DNA of 64,000 bases from an uncultured delta proteobacterium (GTDB lineage Bacteria > Myxococcota > Myxococcia > Myxococcales > Myxococcaceae). A model generated the notes under the pieces. It worked only from the letters and a program-made list of their open reading frames with translations. It was not told where the DNA came from and searched no databases. A program made the position numbers and the translations under genes. Where the stretch lies: positions 128,001-192,000 of the forward strand of contig CAVZMH010000017.1 in assembly GCA_963776345.1 (NCBI GenBank), read 5' to 3'. Position 1 is the stretch's first letter, and every line of letters begins with the position of its first letter. This document shows, in pieces, positions 33,937-45,407 of this stretch.

Positions 33937-35823
33937 ATGCGCGAACCGGTGGTGGGCATCGACCTCGGCACCTCGACGAGCGCCGTGGCCACGGTGGAGA
34001 ACGGCAAGCCGCGGGTGCTGTCGAACCGGGGCGGACGCTCCCTCACCCCGTCCCTGGTGGGGTTCACGCCCGAGGGGGTCCGGGTGGTGGGCGAGGAGGC
34101 CCGGCTGCTCGCGGTGTCGCGCCCGGCCGACGTGGCCGCCGCCACCAAGCGCTTCATCGGGCGGCGCTGGAGCCCCAGGATGGTCCACGAGGCGCGGTCG
34201 CTGGTGCCGTATTCGCTGGTGGAGGGGCCGAGCGGCGAGGTGCGAGCGCGGATCGCCGGGCGGGTGCTGCCGGTCACGCAGATCTCGGCCATGGTGCTCG
34301 GGGAGCTCAAGCTCGACGCCGAGGCCCACTTCGGCCGGCCGGTGCACAAGTGCGTGATCACCGTGCCCGCCAACTTCGACGACAACCAGCGGGCGGCGAC
34401 GAAGCAGGCGGCGCAGATCGCCGGGCTGCACGTGCTCCGCATCGTCAACGAGCCGACCGCGGCGGCGGTGGCCTACGGGCTGACCTCGAAGTTCGAGGGC
34501 AAGGCGCTGGTGTTCGACCTGGGCGGCGGCACGTTCGACGTGTCGATCCTCGAGGTCGAGTCGGGCGTGTTCCAGGTCCAGGCGACGGGCGGCGACCCGG
34601 TGCTCGGCGGCGAGGACTTCGACGCGGCGGTGGTTCGCTGGTTGCTCGAGCGGCTGCCCGAGCCACAGCGAACCACGGCGTCACGGGACACGCTGTCGAT
34701 GCAGCGCCTCAAGATCTCCGCCGAGCAGGCCAAGCGCGAGCTCTCCCAGAGCGACGAGGCGCGGGTCACGGCCTCCGGCCTCGGCGACCACGAGCCGGGC
34801 GGCTCGCTGGTGGACCTGGACGTTCGCCTGTCGCGCGCCGAGTTCGAGCGCCTGGTGGAGCCGCTGGTCACCCGGTGCCTCGACGTGACCCGGGAGATGA
34901 TGGACGAGGCGAAGGCGCCGCCGAAGGACATCCAGATCATCCTCCTGGTCGGCGGGATGACGCGGGTGCCGCTGGTCCGGAAGCGGGTCGCCGAGCTGTT
35001 CGGGAAGCAGCCGGTGGTCGGCGTGAACCCGGACGAGGTGGTGGCGCTCGGGGCGGCGGTGCACGCCTCGGAGATCGTGGCCCAGGACGGGGAGACGCTG
35101 CTGATCGACGTGGCGAGCCACTCGCTCGGGGTGGGCGTCTACGGGGGCGGCGTCCGGACGGTGGTGACGAAGAACACCGCGATCCCGGTGGTGGCCCGCG
35201 AGGTCTTCCTGCCCTCGAGCGAAGGGCAGAACAAGGCGCGCATCGTCATCTACCAGGGCGAGTCGGACCAGACCGAGGAGAACGTGAAGCTCGGCGAGGT
35301 GCTGCTCAGCGATCTCCGGGTCAAGCACCGGGCGGACACGCCGCTGGAGGTGACGTTCGAGCTGTCCAGCGAGGGCACGGTGAGCGTCCGCTGCATGGAT
35401 CTGACCACCGGGCTCTCGGAGGCGCTGCGGATCACCCAGCGGACCGAGCTGTCGGCGGCGGAGGTGAAGGCGCTCCGGGCCGAGCAGGCCGCGTACCATG
35501 CCGACCAGGCCGCCCCCGAGACGCGGGAGATCGCGGAGTTCGAGACGCTGCTCGAGCAGGGCGACACGCTTCGCCGTGCGCTCGAGGCGGGTGCGCGCCG
35601 GAGCGACGACGAGCGCGAGCGCGCCGCGACGGTGCACCTGGTCGACGACCTGCGGGCCCTGGTGCACCTCGGCCGGACCGCCGCGCTGGCGAAGAACCGC
35701 GCGCAGATGGCGGACGTGACCATCCGCCTGGGAACGCTGGTCGCCGAGGCCACCGCGGGCGGCGCCGCGCCGTCCCGGATGACCTCGCCCGAGGGCGCCG
35801 GCGAATCGAGCCCGGCCGGCTGA
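33937..35823 (+). CDS. Hsp70-family protein (DnaK paralog)
   Basis: [37 protein letters not shown], linker LLIDV; divergent C-terminus. Confidence 0.92.
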   Translation: MREPVVGIDLGTSTSAVATVENGKPRVLSNRGGRSLTPSLVGFTPEGVRVVGEEARLLAVSRPADVAAATKRFIGRRWSPRMVHEARSLVPYSLVEGPSGEVRARIAGRVLPVTQISAMVLGELKLDAEAHFGRPVHKCVITVPANFDDNQRAATKQAAQIAGLHVLRIVNEPTAAAVAYGLTSKFEGKALVFDLGGGTFDVSILEVESGVFQVQATGGDPVLGGEDFDAAVVRWLLERLPEPQRTTASRDTLSMQRLKISAEQAKRELSQSDEARVTASGLGDHEPGGSLVDLDVRLSRAEFERLVEPLVTRCLDVTREMMDEAKAPPKDIQIILLVGGMTRVPLVRKRVAELFGKQPVVGVNPDEVVALGAAVHASEIVAQDGETLLIDVASHSLGVGVYGGGVRTVVTKNTAIPVVAREVFLPSSEGQNKARIVIYQGESDQTEENVKLGEVLLSDLRVKHRADTPLEVTFELSSEGTVSVRCMDLTTGLSEALRITQRTELSAAEVKALRAEQAAYHADQAAPETREIAEFETLLEQGDTLRRALEAGARRSDDERERAATVHLVDDLRALVHLGRTAALAKNRAQMADVTIRLGTLVAEATAGGAAPSRMTSPEGAGESSPAG

Positions 35824-35896
35824 GCGAATCACCCGGAAGTCGCGCAGGACGCTCGTGCGCCCGTCCTACGTTTCGCGAGATCACGGCGCTGATCGA

Positions 35897-37294
35897 TCAA
35901 GAACCGGGAGGGCGCTGCGGCGCGTTCTCGACCGGCTCGGGCGCCGTGCCCTCCGGCTCGGGCTCCACGCCGGGCGGCTCGAGCAGCTTGTAGAGCGTCT
36001 TGCGGTCCACCTCGAGCAGCCGCGCGGCCTCGGACTTGTTCCCGCCCACCATGGTCAGCACGTGCTGGGCGTAGCGCCGGTTCAGCTCGGCCAGGGCGGG
36101 CATGTCCGCGGCCAGGCCGGCGAGCTTCTTCGGCGCGTCGCCGATCGGCGCCGGGAAGTCGGCCGGCCCGAGCACGCCGGTGGTGTTGAGCGCCAGCGCC
36201 CGCGCGACCACGTTCTCCAGCTGCCGCACGTTCCCCGGCCAGTCGTACGCGACGAGCCGCGCCATCGCCTCCTCGGTCACCACCGGCCGCGCCCCGCCGC
36301 GGGCGTGCAGCGCCGCGAAGTGGTCCACCAGCGCCGGGACGTCCTCCCGCCGCTCGCGCAGCGGCGGCAGGTGGAGGTGCACGACGTCGAGCCGGTAGAG
36401 GAGATCCTCGCGGAACTTCCCCTCGGACACCCGCTGCTTCAGATCCTTGTTGGTCGCGGCGACGATGCGGACGTCGACCTTGATCGGCGTGCTCTCGCCC
36501 ACGCGGCGGATCTCGCCCTCCTGGAGCGCCCGCAGGAGCTGGCTCTGGATCTTCGGCCCGATGTCGCCGATCTCGTCGAGGAACATCGTCCCGCCGGTGG
36601 CCTCCTCGAAGAGGCCCCGTCGGGCGCCCGACGCTCCGGTGAACGCCCCGCGGGCGTGTCCGAAGAGCTCGCTCTCCATCAGCGACTCGGCGATGGCGCC
36701 GCAGTCGACGGCCACGAACCGGCCGGCGCTCCGGGGCGAGCGCTGGTGGAGGCTCCGCGCCACCTGCTCCTTCCCGGTGCCGGTCTCGCCGGTGATCAGC
36801 ACCGGCACGTTGGTCGCCGCCGCCCGGGCCACCTGCTTGTAGACCTCGAGGATGGCCGCGCTCCGGCCGACCAATTCTTGCGGTTTCACCCGGGCGCGGA
36901 GGCTCTTGTTCTCCTCGACCAGCCGCCGCTGCTCGAGCGCCCGCCGCACCACCCGGACGATGGCGTCCACGTCGAACGGCTTGGTCAGGTAGTCGAAGGC
37001 GCCCTTCTGGATGGTGTCCAGCGCGCCCTCGATGTTGCCGAACGCCGTCAGGACGATGACCGGCGTGTCCGGATTCCTGGCGATCGCCGCGTGGAGGACC
37101 CGGAGTCCGTCGTCGGGGTCCGGCATCGCCATGTCGGTGAGGACCACGTCCACCGGGGGCCCGCCCTTCAGCAGCTCCTCGGCCTCGGGCGCCGAGGCGG
37201 CCTCCGAGACCTGTCCCAGCGGTCCGAGCAGTCGCCGCAGCAGTCCGCGGGCGTGCGGGTCGTCGTCGACGACGAGGATGCCGGGGAGGCTCAT
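35897..37294 (-). CDS. sigma54-dependent response regulator (NtrC family)
   Basis: REC domain, GETGTGKE, ESELFGH..GAFTGA, WPGNVRQLEN, Fis-type HTH. Confidence 0.96.
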   Translation of the reverse strand: MSLPGILVVDDDPHARGLLRRLLGPLGQVSEAASAPEAEELLKGGPPVDVVLTDMAMPDPDDGLRVLHAAIARNPDTPVIVLTAFGNIEGALDTIQKGAFDYLTKPFDVDAIVRVVRRALEQRRLVEENKSLRARVKPQELVGRSAAILEVYKQVARAAATNVPVLITGETGTGKEQVARSLHQRSPRSAGRFVAVDCGAIAESLMESELFGHARGAFTGASGARRGLFEEATGGTMFLDEIGDIGPKIQSQLLRALQEGEIRRVGESTPIKVDVRIVAATNKDLKQRVSEGKFREDLLYRLDVVHLHLPPLRERREDVPALVDHFAALHARGGARPVVTEEAMARLVAYDWPGNVRQLENVVARALALNTTGVLGPADFPAPIGDAPKKLAGLAADMPALAELNRRYAQHVLTMVGGNKSEAARLLEVDRKTLYKLLEPPGVEPEPEGTAPEPVENAPQRPPGS

Positions 37295-38727
37295 CGCGCT
37301 GAGGCCAGGGCTCCGGGTGCCTGTGGGACGCGGGTGGCCGAGGCCGCCGGTCCGGTGTCCGCGCGCGGGCGGTCCACGCTCCGGAACCGCACCGTGGCGG
37401 TGGTGCCGGTCCCGGGCGCGCTGCGGATCCGGAGCGTGCCCCCGTGCGCCTCGACCAGCCGCTTGGTGGTGGCCAGGCCCAGGCCCTGCCCGGGCAGCCG
37501 GCGGGCCTCGGGCGCGCGGAAGAACGGCTGGTAGATCTGCGCCAGCACCGCCTCGGTCATCCCCGGCCCGTTGTCGGTCACCTCGAGCACCGCCTCGTCG
37601 CCCTCACGCCCGGCGTACACCACCACCCGCGCTCCCGGCTTTCCTGCCGAGTACTTCACCGCGTTGGAGATGAGGTTCTGGGCGATGGACTGCACCAGCT
37701 GGGCTGGCACGTCCACGCTCACCTGCCGCGTCAGCTTCCGCTCGATGACCACCCCGTTGAGCGCGGCCACCTGGTCCTGCTCGAGGAGGATCGCGCTCAC
37801 CGCGGTGTCGAGCTCGCAGGGCGGTCCCTCGCTGCGCTTGCCGGCGCGGCAGAAGCGGAGGAGCGCCTCGACCAGCTCAGCCATGCGGGTGGCGCTCGAC
37901 TCGGCATCGGCGAGCATCTCCCTCACGTCCGGGTCGGTCACCGACTCGGAGCGACGGATCAGCGTCAGGTAGCCCCGGAGCGGACTGAGCGGGGAGACCA
38001 GATCGTGCGCCACGCGGCTGGCGAACGCGTCGAGCTCGTGGTTGCGCCGGTCGAGCTCCGCGAGCTGCTCCTGGATGGTGTGCTCCTGCCGCCGGAGCAC
38101 CCGGACCATCGAGGTGCCGACGGCGACCGCGAGTGCGACGGCGGAGAGCGCCACCAGGGCGCCGACGAAGGTGGTCTTGGTCCGGAGGCTCTCCCGCTGG
38201 TGGAGGATGGCCCGTGTCTCCTGGGCGTCCTTGTGGGCCAGCTCGGTGGCCAGTCCGTTGAGCTGCTCGGCGATGGGCCGCAGCTCGGCCTCCAGGTGTT
38301 GCCGGGCCCGCTCCGCCTCGCGGCGATTGCTGAACCGCAGGGCCACGCGCGCGGACTGGGCGAGCGCGCGGGCTGTCTCGTCGAAGCGCTTCCAGAGTTC
38401 CTTCTCGCCCTCGGGCAGCCCTTGCGTGTACGCCAGGCGGGCCTCCTTCGCGTCGGCGAGCGTCTCCTCCATGCGCGCGTCGGCGAGCTGGCGCGCGTCG
38501 TCGTTGGTGGCCCGGATGTGGTCGTCGACCGTGTTCTCCAGCACCGCGGCGTCCACCCGGATCCGGGCGATGAGCGCCTCGCGCTCCAGCGCTGCGCCGA
38601 AGAGCTCGTCGATGCGCGCGTTGGTCCGCAGCTCGTTCCAGAGCGTGAACGCGGTCACCGCGGCCAGCAGGGCGACCACGAAGAAGAAGGCCGCGCGGTA
38701 GCGGCGGAAGAACAGCGGTTCGTTCAC
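37291..38727 (-). CDS. membrane sensor histidine kinase
   Basis: 2 TM around a helical sensor, AHDLVSPL, NAVKY, DNGPG, GLGL; ATGA overlap with the regulator. Confidence 0.94.
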   Translation of the reverse strand: MNEPLFFRRYRAAFFFVVALLAAVTAFTLWNELRTNARIDELFGAALEREALIARIRVDAAVLENTVDDHIRATNDDARQLADARMEETLADAKEARLAYTQGLPEGEKELWKRFDETARALAQSARVALRFSNRREAERARQHLEAELRPIAEQLNGLATELAHKDAQETRAILHQRESLRTKTTFVGALVALSAVALAVAVGTSMVRVLRRQEHTIQEQLAELDRRNHELDAFASRVAHDLVSPLSPLRGYLTLIRRSESVTDPDVREMLADAESSATRMAELVEALLRFCRAGKRSEGPPCELDTAVSAILLEQDQVAALNGVVIERKLTRQVSVDVPAQLVQSIAQNLISNAVKYSAGKPGARVVVYAGREGDEAVLEVTDNGPGMTEAVLAQIYQPFFRAPEARRLPGQGLGLATTKRLVEAHGGTLRIRSAPGTGTTATVRFRSVDRPRADTGPAASATRVPQAPGALASAR

Positions 38728-38800
38728 GGCGGGGGGCGGAATCCTCTCACAGCCGAGGGGCATCCCGGCCGTGGTTGCAAGCGGACTGTAACGAGGCCGG

Positions 38801-38850
38801 TGGGGAAAAACTCCCCAACTCGCCATCCGGTGCTGCGGAGCCCTTCCCCA
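38801..38850. promoter_or_regulatory. tandem enhancer (bEBP UAS) sites
   Basis: TGGGGAAAAACTCCCCA (38801-38817) and TGCGGAGCCCTTCCCCA (38834-38850), 33 bp apart. Confidence 0.65.
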
Positions 38851-38893
38851 TGGTCCGCCGGCGGATCCGAGGAACGAGTGCGGTTGCGCGTTG

Positions 38894-38909
38894 TGGCACG
38901 GCGGGTGCT
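38894..38909 (+). promoter_or_regulatory. sigma54 -24/-12 promoter
   Basis: TGGCACGGCGGGTGCT (GG-N10-GC). Confidence 0.8.
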
Positions 38910-38951
38910 GTGCACCCACTCGCAGTTCTCAAACCCCCAAGGAGCAACTCC

Positions 38952-39140
38952 ATGAAGAAGCTCATCGCCGCCCTCGTTCTCGCCACCTCTTTCGCGGCCC
39001 TGGCTGACGACGCTGCCAAGACCACTGCTCCGGCTCCGGCGAAGACCGAGAAGAAGTCCACCGAGAAGAAGACCACCGAGACCAAGACCGAGACCAAGAG
39101 CGAGACCGCGAAGCCGGCGCCCGCTCCCGAGAAGAAGTAA
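38952..39140 (+). CDS. small secreted Lys/Thr/Glu-rich disordered protein 1
   Basis: AAGGAG RBS, signal peptide MKKLIAALVLATSFAALA, 62 aa. Confidence 0.85.
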   Translation: MKKLIAALVLATSFAALADDAAKTTAPAPAKTEKKSTEKKTTETKTETKSETAKPAPAPEKK

Positions 39141-39164
39141 GCCTTTTCGCAGCTCTGTTGCATT

Positions 39165-39202
39165 CGGCGGGGTGGGTTGGCGTGAGCCGGCTCACCCCGC
39201 TG
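39165..39202 (+). terminator. 17-bp hairpin with GNRA loop
   Basis: CGGCGGGGTGGGTTGGC-GTGA-GCCGGCTCACCCCGCTG (with G-U pairs); no U-tract. Confidence 0.5.
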
Positions 39203-39216
39203 GCACGTTCGGTGCT
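39201..39216 (+). promoter_or_regulatory. second sigma54 -24/-12 promoter
   Basis: TGGCACGTTCGGTGCT (GG-N10-GC). Confidence 0.75.
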
Positions 39217-39282
39217 CTCATGTCGGATCGACGCAGCATCTTGCTGTCGTCCCGACGCCGTCACCCAGGAGTTCCAACAACC

Positions 39283-39453
39283 ATGAAGAAGCTGATCGCC
39301 GCGCTGGTCCTCGCCACCTCGTTCGCCGCCTTCGCTGACGACGCTGCCAAGATGGACGCGCCGAAGACCACCCAGAAGAAGGCCAAGAAGGCCAAGAAGT
39401 CGGCCTCCAAGGAGGCCCCGGCCGCCGAGAAGGCCGCCGAGCCCGCGAAGTAA
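39283..39453 (+). CDS. small secreted Lys/Ala-rich disordered protein 2 (paralog)
   Basis: AGGAG RBS; first 23 aa nearly identical to protein 1; 56 aa. Confidence 0.85.
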   Translation: MKKLIAALVLATSFAAFADDAAKMDAPKTTQKKAKKAKKSASKEAPAAEKAAEPAK

Positions 39454-39460
39454 GTCCTCG

Positions 39461-39480
39461 GCGGTCCCTTCAGGGACCGC
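39461..39480 (+). terminator. GC hairpin
   Basis: GCGGTCCCT-TC-AGGGACCGC, 7 bp after the stop codon. Confidence 0.5.
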
Positions 39481-39666
39481 GCAGGAGAGCGACGGGGCGT
39501 GTTGCACGCGAGAAGGCGTGCGGCACGCCCCGTCGTCGTCTCGGGGCCGGGGCCGGTCCGGCGTCCCGGACGCCACTCGGCCCCGGCGCGAGACGCTTCG
39601 CGGATGGTGGGCCGCGGCCCGTGGCCAGACGAGGTCAGGGCGCAGTCGCGCCGGCGTCGATCGGGC

Positions 39667-40275
39667 TCAGCCGGCCAGGGGGCTGGCGGCCGGGAGCGGC
39701 GGCCTGGGATGCACCCACGCGTCCACCACCGCCAGCGGCCGGGCCAGGAGCTCGCGCCAGACGTAGGGCGCCCGCCACCGGCCCCCGCCCGCGCGGACGC
39801 CCACCGCGTCGATGCCCGCGGCCCGGGCGAGGTAGACGGCGCGGGGCAGGTGGAACGCCTGGGTCACGAGGATGGCCCGCTGCACGCCGAAGACGCCCCG
39901 CGCGCGCCAGCAGCTGTCGAAGGTCGAGATGCCCTCCAGGTCGCCCGAGATGGCCTGCTCGGGGACCCCGCCCTTGGTCAGGTAGCGGCGCATCGAGCGG
40001 ATCTCGTCGTGGTAGGGGTCCGCGTTGCCGGTGAGGAGCAGCCGCTCCACCCGGCCGGTGCGCCAGAGGGCCAGCGCCATGTCCAGCCGCTCGGCGAGGA
40101 TGGGTGAGGGCTCTCCGCCGGGGGCCAGGCCGGCGCCGAAGACGATGCCCCAGGGAACGGCGGGAGCGGTCTCGGGCGCGACCATGTGCCGGCGGGTGGC
40201 CAGCTCGATGTACGTGGTCGGCACCGCCACCGCCGCGAGCAGCAGGGCGAATCCGAGGGCCGCGGTTCTCCTCAT
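39667..40275 (-). CDS. SanA/YdcF/ElyC (DUF218) family protein
   Basis: [37 protein letters not shown]. Confidence 0.9.
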   Translation of the reverse strand: MRRTAALGFALLLAAVAVPTTYIELATRRHMVAPETAPAVPWGIVFGAGLAPGGEPSPILAERLDMALALWRTGRVERLLLTGNADPYHDEIRSMRRYLTKGGVPEQAISGDLEGISTFDSCWRARGVFGVQRAILVTQAFHLPRAVYLARAAGIDAVGVRAGGGRWRAPYVWRELLARPLAVVDAWVHPRPPLPAASPLAG

Positions 40276-40353
40276 CTTCCGCAGGGCCGCCTCCGGAGTG
40301 CGCAGTGGTTGATTCTGCGGCCATCGGGCTGTAAGGGGCCCCCCCGACCTCCC

Positions 40354-41232
40354 ATGGCCAGCCTTCGAGACATCAGGAAGCGCATCCGGTCCGTGAAGAG
40401 CACCCAGCAGATCACCAAGGCGATGAAGATGGTTTCCGCGGCCAAGCTTCGCCGGGCCCAGGATGCCATCGTCGCCGCGCGGCCGTACGCGCGCGCCCTG
40501 GACCAGATGATCGCGGATCTCGTGTCCCGGAGCGAGGGGCTCTCGCAGCCGTTGCTCACCTCCCGGCCGGTGCGCCGGGTGGAGATCCTCGCCCTCACCT
40601 CTGACCGCGGGCTCGCCGGGGGCTTCAACGCCAACGTGATCCGCCGCGTGGTGCGCTATGCGTACGAGCGAGACCGCTCCACCACCCTGCGGCTCAACAC
40701 CGTGGGCCGCAAGGGCCTGGAGGCGTTCCGGCGCCGGCACCTCGACGTCCGCAAGGACCACGCGGGGCTGTACGCGCGGCTGTCCTACGACACGGCGCGG
40801 ATGCTCGCCGAGGAGCTGACCACCGAGTTTCTCGAGGACCGGGTGGACCAGGTGCTGCTGGTCTACAACGAGTTCGTCTCGGCCATCACCCAGCGGGTGG
40901 TGCTCACCCCGCTCCTGCCGTTCGAGCGTCCCCCGGCCGAGGAGGGCGAGGCGTCCGGCGGTCCCCGGGCGATGGTGGACTTCGAGTACGAGCCGTCGAA
41001 GGAGGCGGTGCTCGACAGGCTGGTGCCGCAGGCGGTGACCACCCGCGTGTACCGGGCGCTGCTCGAGTCGGTGGCCTCCGAGCACGGCGCGCGGATGAGC
41101 GCCATGGAGAACGCGACCAGCAACGCCTCCGACGCCATCTCCAGGCTGACCCTGACCTACAACCGTACCCGCCAGGCGGCGATCACCAAGGAACTCATGG
41201 AGATCGTCTCCGGCGCCGAGGCGCTCAAGTAG
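40354..41232 (+). CDS. atpG: F1 ATP synthase subunit gamma
   Basis: [45 protein letters not shown]. Confidence 0.98.
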   Translation: MASLRDIRKRIRSVKSTQQITKAMKMVSAAKLRRAQDAIVAARPYARALDQMIADLVSRSEGLSQPLLTSRPVRRVEILALTSDRGLAGGFNANVIRRVVRYAYERDRSTTLRLNTVGRKGLEAFRRRHLDVRKDHAGLYARLSYDTARMLAEELTTEFLEDRVDQVLLVYNEFVSAITQRVVLTPLLPFERPPAEEGEASGGPRAMVDFEYEPSKEAVLDRLVPQAVTTRVYRALLESVASEHGARMSAMENATSNASDAISRLTLTYNRTRQAAITKELMEIVSGAEALK

Positions 41233-42714
<1,482 letters not shown>

Positions 42715-42738
42715 CGCCGCCGCCCCCCGCGCGCGCCA

Positions 42739-43332
42739 GTGAGGATCGCCCGGTGCGAGACCACGCTGCTTCTTCTGATGCTCGCCGCGCCGGCGTCCGC
42801 CGAGGAGCTCGGGCAGAGTCGGGGGCGCGCCTCGTCCAACGCCGAGTACGGAATCGTGATGCGCGTCGAAGAGCCCGGGAAGTGCCGGGTGGAGGTGACG
42901 CGGGACACCGACGTGGCCTGGACGCTGCCCAGGTGCGTGGGGGCGGTGGACGACCTGTACTTCGTGAGCAACTCCGGCGAGCGCTTCTGGGTGCTCACCT
43001 CGCTCCCCAAGTCGGTCCCCCCGCCTCCGGGCGCCGCGCCGGTGGGCGAGGCGCAGAAGCGGGCGGCGAAGAAGAAGAAGCCCTTCGATGGGTACGGCCC
43101 GGTGGTGGTCGCGGTTCTGTACGACCGGCTGGGCGAGGTGATCGCCGAGCGGAAGCTGTCGGAGCTGCTCCCCAGGAGCGGCCACCGAAAGCTCCGGGCG
43201 CTGGACCGGCGCTTCGCGTGGCTCGAGGGCGTGCTCGGCGTCCCCGGCAAGGAGCCCCGGGTGAACGACCGGAACCAGGTGGAGTTCGAGACCGTCGAGC
43301 CGCGGACCTGGCGGCTCGACTTCCAGGAGTGA
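42739..43332 (+). CDS. hypothetical exported protein between atpD and atpC
   Basis: Signal peptide (..APASA), good codon bias, its 3' end contains the atpC RBS. Confidence 0.7.
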   Translation: MRIARCETTLLLLMLAAPASAEELGQSRGRASSNAEYGIVMRVEEPGKCRVEVTRDTDVAWTLPRCVGAVDDLYFVSNSGERFWVLTSLPKSVPPPPGAAPVGEAQKRAAKKKKPFDGYGPVVVAVLYDRLGEVIAERKLSELLPRSGHRKLRALDRRFAWLEGVLGVPGKEPRVNDRNQVEFETVEPRTWRLDFQE

Positions 43333-43339
43333 GCGCCCG

Positions 43340-43750
43340 ATGGCCAAGCTGAAGGTCGACATCGTCACCCCGGAGCGGCGGCTGGTCTCCATGCACGCCG
43401 ACGAGGTGGTGGCTCCCGCCGCCGAGGGTCTCTACGGCGTCCGGCCGGGTCACAGCCCGTTCCTCTCCTCGCTGTCGCCCGGGCCGCTCACCGTGCGCGA
43501 GGGGGGCACCACCCAGGCGTGGTTCGTCGCCGGAGGGTTCGTCTCGGTGCAGGGTGACACGGTGCTGGTGCTGGCCGACCAGGCGGAGCCGGCGGCGTCC
43601 ATCGACCTCGAGACGGCGACCACCACGCTGCGCGAGGCGGAGCAGCGGCTGGCCGCGCTCGGCCCCGGGGACCCCAAGACCGCGGCCGAGACCGCCCGCG
43701 TGCAGCGCGAGCGCGCCCGGGTGGCGGCGGCCCGTGCCGGGGGCCGCTGA
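43340..43750 (+). CDS. atpC: F1 ATP synthase subunit epsilon
   Basis: IVTPER, G.YGVRPGH.P, AGGF, VLADQAE. Confidence 0.95.
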   Translation: MAKLKVDIVTPERRLVSMHADEVVAPAAEGLYGVRPGHSPFLSSLSPGPLTVREGGTTQAWFVAGGFVSVQGDTVLVLADQAEPAASIDLETATTTLREAEQRLAALGPGDPKTAAETARVQRERARVAAARAGGR

Positions 43751-44000
43751 GGGCCCGCGGCTCGAGCTGTTCCACCGGCTCGAGGAGCCCCGCTCGGCGC
43801 GGGTGCGGCGGTGGGTCGTGGACCACGACCTCCTCGACGAGGTGCGTTTCCGGAACGTCATCTACCCCGAGGCGGCCGCCGACTTCGCAGCCCGCGGGGG
43901 AAGCGAGACGCCCGCGCTCTGGGACGGAGAGCGGCTCTTCGTCGGCGCGGAGCTGATCATCGCCCGGCTGCAGGCCGTGCTCGACCTCGGCCGCTCCTGA
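43734..44000 (+). CDS. glutaredoxin/GST-N-like small protein without CxxC
   Basis: GTG start overlaps the atpC end; ELFH....SARVR, GG..TPALWDG. Confidence 0.6.
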   Translation: MPGAAEGPRLELFHRLEEPRSARVRRWVVDHDLLDEVRFRNVIYPEAAADFAARGGSETPALWDGERLFVGAELIIARLQAVLDLGRS

Positions 44001-44022
44001 GCTCGCCGGGCTCGCCCGGCGC

Positions 44023-44496
44023 TCAGGGGCCGGTCCGCGCCTCGGGCGCGCGGGTCGAGGCGAGCGCCCGGAGCTCCCAGCCGCGGGTTCCGCGCTCCCA
44101 GGTCTCGAGCCAGGCGAACACCGTGCGGTCGATGGACCCGTCGGCGACGCTCCGGGTGACGACCTCCTTGCGGACCGCGACGGAGCCCCAGGTCCCGTCT
44201 GCCGAGACCCAGGTCCGTGGCGGCTCGAGATTGTCCCAGCGCTCGAACGTGACGCGGGCGAAGTACCGCGCGAAGTGCTCCCGCTGCTGGGCGACGCCGA
44301 GCGGGGAGATCTCCCCCCGGTCGACGAGCACGAAGCCCTCGGAGACGAGCGCGGCGATGCGGTCGGCGTCCCGTGCCAGGTGCGCCTCCCGCTCCAGGGC
44401 GTGCGCGGCGAGGAGTGACCGGCGTGCCTCGTCCGGCCCGCCGGCTCGCGGCGTCGTGGCACATCCCAGGAGCAGCAGCAGGGCGAGCATTCGCAT
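44023..44496 (-). CDS. NTF2-like/DUF4440 lipoprotein
   Basis: Lipobox LLGC; SADGTWG, W.....W...A C-terminus. Confidence 0.7.
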   Translation of the reverse strand: MRMLALLLLLGCATTPRAGGPDEARRSLLAAHALEREAHLARDADRIAALVSEGFVLVDRGEISPLGVAQQREHFARYFARVTFERWDNLEPPRTWVSADGTWGSVAVRKEVVTRSVADGSIDRTVFAWLETWERGTRGWELRALASTRAPEARTGP

Positions 44497-44562
44497 GTCG
44501 GGGTCGATCCTGCCCGGGCGCGCGCCGGTGCGTCGCCTCGCCCGCTGCGACGGGGCGACGGC

Positions 44563-45231
44563 TCACTGACTCGGAGGGCGGATCCCCAGCTGCCGGGCGA
44601 GCAGCGCGAGCTGCGTGCGGTTGTCCTGGCGGAGCTTGCGGTAGAGGCTCGAGACGTGGGCCTTCACCGTGCGCTCGGTGATCTGCAGGCTCGCGGCGAT
44701 GTGGCCGTTGTTCGCGCCGGCGGAGACCCAGGCCAGCACCTGCCGCTCGCGGGACGACAGCGGCCGGAGTCGCTCGTGCTCCGGGGCCCGGGTGGCCCGG
44801 AACACGGTGCCGAGCATCTGCGCCGAGATCGCGCGCTCGCCGCGGACCAGCAGCGCGAGGGTCTGGAGCACGTCGCCGCAGACGCTGGCGCGCGCGTCGA
44901 GGTACGCCGCGGCGCCGGCGGCGATGCAGCGGTCGAGGTCGCCCGGCCCGTCGCCCAGGGCGAGGACCTGGACCTGGGGATGGAATTGACGGGCCTCCGC
45001 GAGGGCGCCCACCCCCTGGTCGTCCTCGAGCGAGACGTCCACGCAGGCGAGCTGTGGCTGCTCCTGCGCCAGCGCCGAGAGGAACGCGTCGGCGCGGGTG
45101 TGCCGGCCCACCACGGCGTAGCCCGACTCGGAGAGCACCCGGGCCAGCGCATCGCCCCGGAGGCTCTGGCCATCGAGGAACGAGACCCGCACCCTCCCCT
45201 CGTGTTCCGTGGTCACCACCGTCCTCCTCAC
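44563..45231 (-). CDS. NarL/LuxR-family response regulator, atypical receiver
   Basis: LSSRERQVL...N..IA..LQITERTVKAHVSSLYRKL. Confidence 0.9.
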   Translation of the reverse strand: MRRTVVTTEHEGRVRVSFLDGQSLRGDALARVLSESGYAVVGRHTRADAFLSALAQEQPQLACVDVSLEDDQGVGALAEARQFHPQVQVLALGDGPGDLDRCIAAGAAAYLDARASVCGDVLQTLALLVRGERAISAQMLGTVFRATRAPEHERLRPLSSRERQVLAWVSAGANNGHIAASLQITERTVKAHVSSLYRKLRQDNRTQLALLARQLGIRPPSQ

Positions 45232-45407
45232 CCGGGAGACTCGTCGCCGGTCGCCGGGTCAGAAGCCCGCATGGCCGGCTCGAGGTCAACGTCAGGGCAG
45301 GGCGGTGTGTCGAGAGTCCGTCAGCAAGAGCAGGCGAGCGGCCGCCGGCCACCTGGTGATGCAACCCAGGTGGAACCGCGCCCCATCACCTCATCGGGGC
45401 GGTGCGC

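Noticed and set aside
33937..35823. Calling the Hsp70 gene dnaK
   Set aside because: No grpE/dnaJ/hrcA context and a divergent substrate/lid region; more likely a paralog.
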